Source: Deltaproteobacteria bacterium
GTDB lineage: Bacteria > Desulfobacterota > Syntrophobacteria > BM002
Assembly (NCBI GenBank): GCA_019309045.1
Contig: JAFDGZ010000008.1
Location: 309-64,308 of the forward strand
Reading direction: 5' to 3'
Length of the DNA: 64,000 bases
The notes below the pieces were generated by a model. The model was not told where the DNA came from, made no database searches, and saw only the letters and a program-made list of their open reading frames with translations. Positions 36,763-45,947 of the stretch are shown piece by piece. A program made the position numbers and the translations under genes. The stretch's first letter is position 1; each line of letters starts with the position of its first letter.

Positions 36763-39060
36763 CTACTTGTTCATGCAGACCCGCCGTACTTCGGAGAGGT
36801 CCGTGACTCCCTGGAGCACCTTCTGGATGCCGTCCTGCTTGAGAGTGGTCATCCCTTCCTTCCGCGCCTGCAACCGGATCTCCCCCACAGGTCGGCGAAG
36901 CTGGATCATCCGTTTTATCTTTTCGCTGCCAGTGAGCAGCTCGTGGATGCCCGTGCGGCCGAGGTAGCCCGTATTGTTGCATTTCTCGCACCCCACAGCC
37001 CTGTAAAGAACAAGGTCTGAGGAATATTTCACACCGAGGCGGCGGAAATCATCTATGCCATATTCTAGGACCAGGGTGCGAAAATCATCCTTGGAAGGAT
37101 GATAGGGCTCCCGGCAATGTTTGCACAGAATGCGGACAAGGCGCTGGGCCAGCACACCTAGCAGAGCATCGGCGAAATTGAAGGGATCCATACCCATGTC
37201 CAGGAGTCGGGTGATGGTCTCCGGTGCGCTGTTGGTGTGCAGGGTGGTGAGAACCAGGTGGCCGGTGAGCGAGGCCTCGATACCCATAGCCGCTGTTTCC
37301 TCATCGCGCATCTCGCCCACCATGATCACATCGGGGTCGCAGCGCAGAAAGGCCCGCATGGCCCTGGCAAAGGTCAACCCTATCTGGGGTTTGACCTGCA
37401 CCTGGCGAAGACCCGGCTGGGTGATCTCTACTGGATCCTCGGCAGTCCAGATCTTCTTACCCGGGGTGTTGATATGGGCCATTGCCGCGTGCAGCGTCGT
37501 GGTCTTGCCAGAGCCGGTGGGGCCTACCACCAGGATCATACCATAGGGATACTGGATAATCTGCCGGAAGAGTTCCAGATTCCTTTCAGTCATGCCCAGG
37601 TCCTTGAGGTCCCTGGTCTCTCCTGAAGTGAGGATCCTGAGTACCACATCCTCCAGACCGCTGGTAGTCGGCATGGTAGCCACCCGCAGCTCAATCTTTT
37701 TGCCAAATAGCTTGCCAAATCTGATCTTGCCGTCCTGGGGCAACCGTCGTTCAGCAATGTCCAGATCAGACATGATCTTGATGCGCGACACCACCGCCCT
37801 CTTGTAGCCGTAGGGGACAGTCTGGTAAGGAGTGCAGACGCCATCCACCCGAAATCTAATCTGCATGCTGCGCCGGCCGGGAAGCGGCTCGAGATGGATG
37901 TCTGATGCCCCTCTGTTGTACGCATCAACTATCATTTTGTTGACGAACTGAACCACCACATTATCGGTTTCGTGGACCAGTTCCTCTTCTTCCTGCTCAG
38001 CCTCGTTTTCTACTTCCAGTCGTCCGAGAATGTCGACTATGGAGGTCTGGGCGAGGTTGGACCCGTAAAAGTAATCCAGATATTGCAGGATGTCCTCTTT
38101 GAGGCCCACGCAAAACTCAATGTTGTTCGTCCTGAGAATGTTCCGCGCCATGTCCCGCTTCAATAGATGATTGGGATCGTCCATCAGCACAGTGATACAG
38201 CCATTTTTCTTTTCCAGGGGAACCCAGAGGTTGGATCGCAGGTAGCTCTCTTTCAGATTCTTGAGCAATTCTCCGGGGATGACATGTCTGCTGCTGAAGG
38301 GTATATAGCGCGTGCGGTAGAAATGACTTAGAGCTGTGCCCAGATCATGCTTGCTTATGGCATAATTTGACAGCAGAATCTCCTCCACGTTCATTCCCTT
38401 GCTGCAGGCCTTGGCAATGGCATCTTCGAGCTGCTCCTGGGTCAACAATCCCCTGCTGATGAGGTAGTCGAATTTGGTCGGTCGCCGTCTAGAAGTCTTG
38501 AGCTGGTGATAGAGGGCGTCACCGAGAACGCCGGAAATCTTCTGGGCCAGTTCTTCGTCGGCAGCTGAAAAGGGTGTGCCATCTTTCTTGTTGATCAGTT
38601 GCAGCACTCCCAGAGTGAAGCGATGAAAGCGAATTGGCACCACTAGCATCTGCTCGGTGCGATATCCCGTCTTGGCGTCCCATCTGCGATCGAACCTGAG
38701 CCGGGGGTGGATGCTTCTCAGCTCACCAACATCGTAAGCATTCTTGATATTGACAATTCTACCAGTCTTGGCCACATAACCGGCAACACTCCCCTCGGAA
38801 ATGGGCAGTCTGATTTCACTGATTTCGTGTCCCACCTTGAAGCGCGAGTAGATTTCTTTGGCAGCCACATCCACCACATAGACAGTAATTCGGTCTGCCT
38901 GGGTGAGGCTGAGGAAACGATCTTTGAGGTAGAGGATAATTTCATTGAGGCTGAAAGCGGAGTGCATTTCCTCTGAGATCTCATGCAGCACCGATCTGGA
39001 AGTAAGCGAAGTCTCAGCCTTGTGGAGGTGCGCATGTTCTCCTGCTTTTTTGACTGCCAT
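36763..39060 (-). CDS. GAF-domain-containing GspE/PilB/MshE-family secretion ATPase
   Basis: 765 aa. N-terminal GAF-like region, then a T2SE N-terminal domain, then the ATPase core with Walker A VVGPTGSGKTTT, His-box TLHTNSAPETI and a tetracysteine CxxC...CxxC motif. Confidence 0.85.
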   Translation of the reverse strand: MAVKKAGEHAHLHKAETSLTSRSVLHEISEEMHSAFSLNEIILYLKDRFLSLTQADRITVYVVDVAAKEIYSRFKVGHEISEIRLPISEGSVAGYVAKTGRIVNIKNAYDVGELRSIHPRLRFDRRWDAKTGYRTEQMLVVPIRFHRFTLGVLQLINKKDGTPFSAADEELAQKISGVLGDALYHQLKTSRRRPTKFDYLISRGLLTQEQLEDAIAKACSKGMNVEEILLSNYAISKHDLGTALSHFYRTRYIPFSSRHVIPGELLKNLKESYLRSNLWVPLEKKNGCITVLMDDPNHLLKRDMARNILRTNNIEFCVGLKEDILQYLDYFYGSNLAQTSIVDILGRLEVENEAEQEEEELVHETDNVVVQFVNKMIVDAYNRGASDIHLEPLPGRRSMQIRFRVDGVCTPYQTVPYGYKRAVVSRIKIMSDLDIAERRLPQDGKIRFGKLFGKKIELRVATMPTTSGLEDVVLRILTSGETRDLKDLGMTERNLELFRQIIQYPYGMILVVGPTGSGKTTTLHAAMAHINTPGKKIWTAEDPVEITQPGLRQVQVKPQIGLTFARAMRAFLRCDPDVIMVGEMRDEETAAMGIEASLTGHLVLTTLHTNSAPETITRLLDMGMDPFNFADALLGVLAQRLVRILCKHCREPYHPSKDDFRTLVLEYGIDDFRRLGVKYSSDLVLYRAVGCEKCNNTGYLGRTGIHELLTGSEKIKRMIQLRRPVGEIRLQARKEGMTTLKQDGIQKVLQGVTDLSEVRRVCMNK

Positions 39061-39453
39061 GTTACGCTCCCACTCAGAGGCGCCCTCTCAGATGCCAACA
39101 GGCGTCAGGCGCACTTTCACCATTTATGAGCGCAGGTGCTCTTCGAATCATGACCTTTCCCGAGCTGCACCTTGTAGACGGCAACCTGGCAACGGCACAG
39201 TGGTCAATCTGGCCAGCGGCCCACCTCTCTTCTAGCCTCACCCTCGGTCCGCATAGCCGGAGAGGAGGTGGAGTAGACAGAAAGAGCCGCCCCAAATATT
39301 GAGGCGTGGTCAAACTTTTGAGGCCAATTTCGACTTGGCAGGCCACAGCCTTCCAGACCTCGCAACGCTTCAGCAAACATTCAGGCATGCTGCCTGGTAG
39401 CAGCTCGTACTAGATATGCAATAATAACAGATATATGAAGAATTATCAAGCAA

Positions 39454-40308
39454 TCAGTTGCAGGGCGCCGTGAGATGGTTTAGTTTTTTTACGCATCTTT
39501 GGATGATTTTTGGTTTAATAACATTTACTTGCTTAAAGTAACCAGCCAAAAGTGCATTGTCACAAATGATATTTATCAAACGTGGGTAACCTCTGGAAAA
39601 ATTATATACCTCGCGAATCGCCTTTCGGGTAAAAATCTCCCTGGTGGCCCCTGCAAGATGCAAACGGTGTTCTATGTAGTCCTTTGTCTCTTGTTCAGTT
39701 AATGGTTCTATATTAAAGCTAACTTCGATTCTCTTTTGGAATAGAGTAAAATCCTTTTTCGTTAATAATTGCGATAGTTCATTTTGCCCTACCAGATAAA
39801 TGTTTATTGCCTTGCGATAACTCTTTGTCGTTGGTAAATGTGAATCAGTATTATGCAACAAATTATAATTAGAAAAAATAAGTAATTTTTCTAATATAGA
39901 AGGCGATAACTTGTGTGCTTCGTCAATAATCAAAATAACTCTTCTATTAAATTTACATGCTATTCTAAGAAATGAACTAAAATAGGTAATAAATTTGGAT
40001 TCATATTTAAATCTCTTGGCGAAATTAAATGAATCAGCAATTAAATTATAGAAAGACAGTGTATCTAGCGTAGGATTCGCAATAGTAGCCACAAAAGCAT
40101 CATTTTCCAGACCATTAATAAACGCATTCAATATGGTGGTTTTACCCGTACCAATGTCTCCAGTCAGGACTATCAGTGTTTTGTTTTTCTTATGAGCCTC
40201 CTGCAAAGTGGTCAATGCCTGGCGATGCTTGCTCCCGAGCCAGAGAAAATCTGGATCAGGACTTATCTGAAAGGGTAGTTTGTGCAAATTGTAATGGGAA
40301 CAGTACAT
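39454..40308 (-). CDS. MshM/ExeA(GspA)-like AAA+ ATPase (short form, ATPase domain only)
   Basis: Walker A GDIGTGKTT, Walker B ILIIDEAH, and the GQNELSQLL and RGYPRLINIICDNALL segments typical of ExeA/MshM. 284 aa. Markedly AT-rich. Confidence 0.8.
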   Translation of the reverse strand: MYCSHYNLHKLPFQISPDPDFLWLGSKHRQALTTLQEAHKKNKTLIVLTGDIGTGKTTILNAFINGLENDAFVATIANPTLDTLSFYNLIADSFNFAKRFKYESKFITYFSSFLRIACKFNRRVILIIDEAHKLSPSILEKLLIFSNYNLLHNTDSHLPTTKSYRKAINIYLVGQNELSQLLTKKDFTLFQKRIEVSFNIEPLTEQETKDYIEHRLHLAGATREIFTRKAIREVYNFSRGYPRLINIICDNALLAGYFKQVNVIKPKIIQRCVKKLNHLTAPCN

Positions 40309-40765
40309 GGCGCCGGGCCTGACGTCTCTTTAGGAACCTCACGGTGTTTTTGTGCGCCAGAGAGCAGATCTGTCTATTTCACCACGCCCCTGCAAACACT
40401 GGACTACACTGTGTCACACCCTCACTGCCCTGTCAAGCGCCCTGGTTTACAGTTGTAGCCGCTCGGGTCTGCTCCCCATGTCAATCAAGCCTGACTGCTC
40501 TGCAGTCGTGCTTTGCCTTGCAGCCTGCCCCTCTGCTTGGCCGCAGAAGTGGCGGGCAGTGACACGACATCAGTCAGCAACCAACAAGGCAGCAAGAACC
40601 ATTTATGGCAAACTTCCCGAGGATACCTACCGTAAGATACTATCGTAACTACTTGATTTATATACATAACAAAATATTGACTCGCCTCGAACCATCATCT
40701 TTCTGCCGACGCAGCCGATGGTACCTAAATACTCCCCGCGAGGGGCAGACAAGCTGACATAATTA

Positions 40766-41740
40766 TCAACAGGAGCTTGCACGTAACTCGCTGAGCAGTT
40801 TGTGAAAGGATTCAGAGGAGAAATAGACAACTTTTGTATGAGGACCAAAGGAAATTTCATCACCATCTGAGAGAAGATATTCTTTTTCAGGAATTAACTT
40901 ATTCTTGTTAACAAAAGTACCATTAGCTGAAGCAGAATCAACTAGATAACACTTCTTCTCAGACAAATTAAAACGGATATGGGCATGATTACGTGATACC
41001 AACTTATTATATAATATTATATCATTAGTATTTGCTCTGCCAATATAGATCGATATGTCATCTACATCAGAAGCTTGTTTTGTAATTTCTATTACAGTAG
41101 TACTCAGTGTCCTGGGATCTATAAGCACATTAGACTCATTCTCTGCTATTTTACCGTCGTCAATAATTTCTGTTGTAAATTGCAGAACAGAATTCTTATC
41201 AAAGATAGTCTTAGATTTTTCGACGAGAAATCCGCCTGGAAATATCTCTAAAAATTGCTGCTTTTGCATCTCCCCAAATTTCTCCAGGTAATAGCCAACG
41301 CTCTTGTGTATGCTCTCAACCGTTGCCCGAGATGCTTCAACTTGTTCAAATTGTCTGAAATTTTTGTCAAATCGTACGCCAAACCCACCATGTTCCTCAT
41401 CGATTCTCACTATAGTTCCCCTTCCCTGCAGCCCTATGGTTCTCTCCTGGCCAGTAAAATCGGGAGGGAGGAGGAATGTAATGACTACTGGCTTGCCGAC
41501 TTCACATGAGCGGTATTGACTGGTCTTGATGAAAGCTCCCCCCTGGCTGAGGTTCTCGCTCATTCCTTCTATTACCAGGTCGGTGGAATCAACGCAGTGC
41601 AGCAGCAAGGGAAACTGGCGCCCTAGTCGTCTCTCTTTTCGACGGTCAGTTCCATTCATCATGTTTGCTGTTTCATTTGAATGGCTCATACACGGCAACG
41701 TACCCCTTTCTGCACAGCGATCTCCTGCATGCGCGGGCAT
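40766..41740 (-). CDS. PilZ-domain (N-terminal) plus FHA-domain (C-terminal) fusion protein
   Basis: PilZ motifs RRKER and NLSQGG. FHA motifs GR...SRNHAHI...NGTFVN. The true start may be the internal MM at 41662/41659. AT-rich. Confidence 0.75.
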   Translation of the reverse strand: MPAHAGDRCAERGTLPCMSHSNETANMMNGTDRRKERRLGRQFPLLLHCVDSTDLVIEGMSENLSQGGAFIKTSQYRSCEVGKPVVITFLLPPDFTGQERTIGLQGRGTIVRIDEEHGGFGVRFDKNFRQFEQVEASRATVESIHKSVGYYLEKFGEMQKQQFLEIFPGGFLVEKSKTIFDKNSVLQFTTEIIDDGKIAENESNVLIDPRTLSTTVIEITKQASDVDDISIYIGRANTNDIILYNKLVSRNHAHIRFNLSEKKCYLVDSASANGTFVNKNKLIPEKEYLLSDGDEISFGPHTKVVYFSSESFHKLLSELRASSC

Positions 41741-42027
41741 GAATTATTGCCAGAAAAGTGGAGTCATCAAAACCGTGCACTCGCAAGAATTTTAAATATA
41801 TTACAAAATTCGATCAAGGTTACAAGGAAAAAATACATCTTCTCGTTGATTCTCATCCCCGCAGTTGAACCTACAGCCTGCAAATTTCCACAAAAGTTGG
41901 CGTGATAAGACAACCGTCTGTGCCGGCTGTCCCGGACAGCAATCCGCTCCACATACCAACTCACGCAGGCTGAGCTCTTATAGCAGGGATCTCCATCCCC
42001 CAGGTTTTTGGCAGAAAAATATGCAGT

Positions 42028-43101
42028 TCACAAGACCTGCCGTTGGTCGACTTCGTACTGTTTTATTTTATAAAGCAAGGCCTTATAGCTGATTTGCAGG
42101 ATACTTGCAGCTTTCTTGCGGTTCCAACCAGTCTCTATGAGAACGGATCTTATCAACTTGCTCTCAGCCTCCTGCACCGCCCTCCTCTTCACATCCTTGA
42201 GAGAAGGAAATTGTCTTCCAGCTGTTTCATCCAGAAGGCTTTCATCCGGCGAGGTGACAACTTTGGGCTTCTGCCGAGACTCAAGGACTCCCGACGCTCT
42301 CGCCATAAGCTCCGCTTTAACTGCAGGCCAGTCACCGAGAAGAATGAGGCGGTTGACGGTGCTCCTGAGTTCTCTGACGTTTCCCGGCCAAGAGTACTCT
42401 CGAAGGAACTGCACCACGCCGTTGTCATCAAAATGAAACCGGGGTCTTTCCACTCTGGCGGCAGATTGTTGGGCAAAATAGTGAATGAGAGGCTCGATGT
42501 CCTCTTTCCGTTCGCGAAGGGGCGGGATGTATATGCGAATTATGTTCAAACGATAATACAGGTCCTCTCGGAACAATCCCTGCTTGATGCGATGCTCTAT
42601 CTCTTGATTTGTGGCGGCAAGCACCCAGCAATCTACCTGGATGTCTTTTTTACCCCCCAATCTAGAAAACCGCAGATCTTGCAACACCTGCAGCATTTTC
42701 GCCTGGAGCGGCAGCGGCATATCGGCAATTTCGTCTAACAGAATGGTACTCTTGTGCGCCAGTTCGAATTTCCCTATCTTCCTGGCCTCAGCCCCTGTGA
42801 AGGCTCCTTTTTCATAGCCAAAGAGCTCACTTTCGAGCAGTTGTGCCGGGATGGCAGCACAATTAACTTTTATGAGGAGCCTGTTCCGGCGGTCTGACAT
42901 GAAATGGAGGGCATGAGCAACCACTTCCTTGCCAACGCCAGTTTCTCCACAGATCAGCACGTTGAGGTCACTATTGGCCACATGGCGAATAAGGTCTTTG
43001 ATTTTCCGGATAGGCTGGCTCTGGCCCACAAAAAAATGTTCGCCAAACTGCATGGTCGCTCCCAGTGGGAAATCCTTACTGCGATCAGTGACCTGTACCA
43101 C
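42028..43101 (-). CDS. sigma-54-dependent transcriptional activator (AAA+ plus Fis-type HTH, no N-terminal sensory domain; PspF-like)
   Basis: Walker A GETGVGKE, GAFTGA motif (EKGAFTGA), Walker B ILLDEIADM, C-terminal HTH (ASILQISYKALLYKIKQY). Confidence 0.85.
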   Translation of the reverse strand: MVQVTDRSKDFPLGATMQFGEHFFVGQSQPIRKIKDLIRHVANSDLNVLICGETGVGKEVVAHALHFMSDRRNRLLIKVNCAAIPAQLLESELFGYEKGAFTGAEARKIGKFELAHKSTILLDEIADMPLPLQAKMLQVLQDLRFSRLGGKKDIQVDCWVLAATNQEIEHRIKQGLFREDLYYRLNIIRIYIPPLRERKEDIEPLIHYFAQQSAARVERPRFHFDDNGVVQFLREYSWPGNVRELRSTVNRLILLGDWPAVKAELMARASGVLESRQKPKVVTSPDESLLDETAGRQFPSLKDVKRRAVQEAESKLIRSVLIETGWNRKKAASILQISYKALLYKIKQYEVDQRQVL

Positions 43102-43492
43102 ACCCTGTGGAGACTACTGCAACGCCAGGAAACGGCCACTTCCAAATATCTTAACACCCCGCAGTGCTAAGCGGCAATATATTACAGCTGCACCCATCTG
43201 AAAAACTGTTTTGCCCTGGCATGTGCTTCATCTGCCTCACAACGAACCCGAGCGGCAAGTGAGCTGTATTTCCCTCACTGTTGCCCTGTGCAGGTTTTCT
43301 CGCCTCACAGGGTCAGCAAAACTGCCTTCTCCTGACTAATGAACAATTGATTTTCACTGATGTTTAACTTATAGTATATTTCATATATTAACAGCAAAAT
43401 CAAAAGGTTAAAATATTGAGCAATCTACTTTCAAGAGCGAAACTGCCCTGGGCCTCTCTTGGGCATGCCCGTTTTGCAGGAAAGGATCCTGT

Positions 43493-43951
43493 ATGGCTGA
43501 CCTCTTCAAGAACTTGCGACCGTACCTTTACACAACCAGTCGCCTGGTCGCTGCCCTTATGATTCTTGTCACCTCTATGGTGTTGTCTAGCTGCGGCCCT
43601 GAAAAACCTGAAAAAGGAGTTGTGGAAATACCCTTTCGCACCATTACTGTCAACCCGGATGCAGTTGCCGCGCTGCTGCCGCTCGTCTCCTGCGGCCGAC
43701 AGCCAGCAGCTCCAGAGATCCCTGCTTCACTTGGCGTCTTGTTCACCTATCTTGCCACAGCCCAGGCGGCAAATCTCGTGGAAACTCGAGCACACGCCCA
43801 AGGCAAATGGCGAATGGAAAAGATCTATTTCCTCGACGACTGCGTAGCTGTACAAATGACGGAAGGCCACTACCTGGAGACTCTCTTTTTCGTTCAATTC
43901 AGCAAAGGTTGGAGGCTGGCCGCCAGAATCAGACCGCAAGATCATGAATAG
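43493..43951 (+). CDS. hypothetical lipoprotein
   Basis: Signal peptide with lipobox LSSC (MILVTSMVLSSCGP). No other motif recognised. Confidence 0.5.
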   Translation: MADLFKNLRPYLYTTSRLVAALMILVTSMVLSSCGPEKPEKGVVEIPFRTITVNPDAVAALLPLVSCGRQPAAPEIPASLGVLFTYLATAQAANLVETRAHAQGKWRMEKIYFLDDCVAVQMTEGHYLETLFFVQFSKGWRLAARIRPQDHE

Positions 43952-44083
43952 AGTCTGCCACTGGTTCCTCATGAAAAGCCGTGGCAGCATTGTATCGGCA
44001 CTGGGAACCTACTGGCCTCTTTTCGAATGTGCCTGGTATGGCATCAGCACCTTTCACGCCATCGGCTGGCCCTAGACTGCTTT

Positions 44084-44881
44084 TCAGGACAGCTCGAGAT
44101 ACTGGGTAATGAGACCATGTTCTCCAGAGGGTGCAGCAAGCAGGGGTTCAGCTACTTTCTGGCCGTCGAGAAAATCGTTCAGATGGAAAGTCTTGCCGTC
44201 CAAGTAGCGAATTTCACCGCCGACCGCCTCCAGCAAAATCTGACCAGCAGCCAGATCCCAAATGTGCACATATTTCAACAGAGCCGCCTCAGCACGGGCC
44301 GAGGCAACATAGCTCAGATGCGCGGCCGTGGATCCCAGGTTTCTGATCTTGCCCGGGAATGAAGAACGAAACTCGTTGTGGAAACGGGAATAAGTAAGCA
44401 GAACCGACTCATTGCTGGCAACGATTTCCGGCCTGGAGGTTAGCGGCGTATCATTCACCATAAGGGTGCGTCCAGCCAAGGCCTTGTACACATCTCCAGT
44501 CACCGGCATATGAAAAAGGCCCAGTATTGGCCAGAAATTTTCATACAATGCCAGTGAGATTCCCCAGATTGGAATACCAGCCTGGAAATTTGCCGTGCCA
44601 TCAACAGGGTCAACGATCCACTGGAACCCTTTGCTGCCGTGGCGGTAGGTGGTCTGAGTCGTCCCTTCCCCCAGAAGTCGGTGTTCGGGATATTGTCGTG
44701 ATATGGAGGTGCTGATAAAGTCTCTGATGACCCAATCCGCCTCTGTTACCAGGGCATCGTCGAATTTGACTTCGGGATTACCCTGGCCATAATATTTGAG
44801 CGCCAGCTTGCCGGCCTCTTTCACAAGTTCCTCAGCAAACTCCAGGAAGGTACTGGCCTCACCCTTTTTCCTTTCTCCCAT
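44084..44881 (-). CDS. inositol monophosphatase family protein (SuhB/CysQ-like)
   Basis: IMPase motifs: IVDPVDGT and WIVDPVDGTANF-like (here WIVDPVDGTANFQAG) and WDLAAG. Confidence 0.8.
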   Translation of the reverse strand: MGERKKGEASTFLEFAEELVKEAGKLALKYYGQGNPEVKFDDALVTEADWVIRDFISTSISRQYPEHRLLGEGTTQTTYRHGSKGFQWIVDPVDGTANFQAGIPIWGISLALYENFWPILGLFHMPVTGDVYKALAGRTLMVNDTPLTSRPEIVASNESVLLTYSRFHNEFRSSFPGKIRNLGSTAAHLSYVASARAEAALLKYVHIWDLAAGQILLEAVGGEIRYLDGKTFHLNDFLDGQKVAEPLLAAPSGEHGLITQYLELS

Positions 44882-45062
44882 AAGCCCTCCTCGTTCCGGG
44901 GCTCAATATACCACGACGTCTGCGGCCAGCCAAGGAAAATACCATTAGACAAATTTGTCCGGGCCACATCCCCTCGTATACGACGGCGCCTGGGGTCGCA
45001 GCCGGAGAACTGCCAGTGCTCTTTTGCTGGACGACAGCACTTTACTACTTCAGCTCAGTGGC

Positions 45063-45947
45063 CTACTGTTTCAGGAATTTTCTTACCTCAGGAGGAAGTT
45101 TTGCATGGCTGAGCAGGGCTCGACGTATAGTAGCGTCTCTCTGCCACTTCTGCCTCCGGGCAATATATTCGAGTGCTGCCCTCGGAGCCAGAGGCGAGCG
45201 TGCTACCTGCAAGACGAAAAAGCGTGAGATATTCGGACGGTGCAACAATCTGAGCAATACCCGCTGGTCTTTGCCGCTCAGGGCAGTGAGTTCATGCAGT
45301 ATCCTTCCTTCACTGTCGAGAAAAACCGCAGAAGTTTCTGCTTCGGAAAGTCTCCTGAAGGCTGTGCCCAGACATTCACGCGCCCTCTGGCGCACCTCAC
45401 TGGGCAGATTGATGTCCTGCATCAGGCGCCGAAGCTCCACGAAGGGAAGATAGCGAAGAATTCTGAAGGCCGTATCGTACGGCAGGATAGGGTTTGTCAA
45501 CAAACGCCTCTTTATGGCATGGTTGGCATACCATTTGCCTGTTCGGCTGATTTTTTCCAGAAGCTGTGGTGAGCGACAACGGTCTATGAGCACCAGAATT
45601 TCAGCCTGGGTAAGACCTTCGTTTTCCAGGAAGGCCATGAGCACCTGTTCGTCTGTTTCGGAAAGAAGTTGCTGGAATGCCTCGCGAGGCGCAATGCGAG
45701 CCAGCTGCCGGCGGGACCCCGCTGGTAGTCGCGGCCAGTTGCCAAGATAGTCTGGTCGCCAGGATTCGTTAGCACCTTTGTGGTCCTGCTGTTGCACAAC
45801 AAACTCCGTGCTCGAAGTATGAAAGCCAGCGGCTGCAGGCAAATCTACTGCAAGAACTGTGCAAACAGGAATTTGATTTGCCTCAATGGCAGAGCTGCCT
45901 TGGGCGCTCTGGGAACACTCCTGAGCCAGATTTCTCCTTGACAGCAA
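45063..45947 (-). CDS. hypothetical protein (alpha-helical repeat-like)
   Basis: 294 aa ORF with coding-like composition and no recognised motif. Confidence 0.45.
   Translation of the reverse strand: MLSRRNLAQECSQSAQGSSAIEANQIPVCTVLAVDLPAAAGFHTSSTEFVVQQQDHKGANESWRPDYLGNWPRLPAGSRRQLARIAPREAFQQLLSETDEQVLMAFLENEGLTQAEILVLIDRCRSPQLLEKISRTGKWYANHAIKRRLLTNPILPYDTAFRILRYLPFVELRRLMQDINLPSEVRQRARECLGTAFRRLSEAETSAVFLDSEGRILHELTALSGKDQRVLLRLLHRPNISRFFVLQVARSPLAPRAALEYIARRQKWQRDATIRRALLSHAKLPPEVRKFLKQ

Noticed and set aside
39074-39388. 104 aa minus-strand ORF in the gap between the MshM-like and GspE-like genes
   Set aside because: No RBS or motif, and GC-rich Arg/Pro/Ala composition. It is probably spurious. 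It was considered as a degenerate MshN remnant, but there are no TPR-like repeats.
40344-40667. Short ORFs (60-98 aa) inside the GC-rich spacer between the MshM-like and PilZ-FHA genes
   Set aside because: They are on the strand opposite to the flanking operon or mutually overlapping, with Cys/Ala/Pro-rich low-complexity translations. They are treated as non-coding, and the spacer itself is reported as a finding.
39061-41741. Sigma-54 -24/-12 promoters upstream of the GspE-like, MshM-like and PilZ-FHA genes
   Set aside because: Candidates such as TTGGCAT-N..-GGGCG near 39095 and TGGCAA-N8-TGC near 41750 (minus strand) have the wrong GG-GC spacing or a poor -12 element. I am not reporting them as features.
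35899-43492. Direct repeat of the tRNA-Thr 3' end (att site) and an integrase gene marking island borders
   Set aside because: By eye I could not find a second copy of the ...TTCGAATCCCATCGCCGGCTCCA segment, and there is no tyrosine or serine recombinase ORF in the window. The island hypothesis therefore rests on composition, TA and tRNA context only, and needs a computational repeat search.
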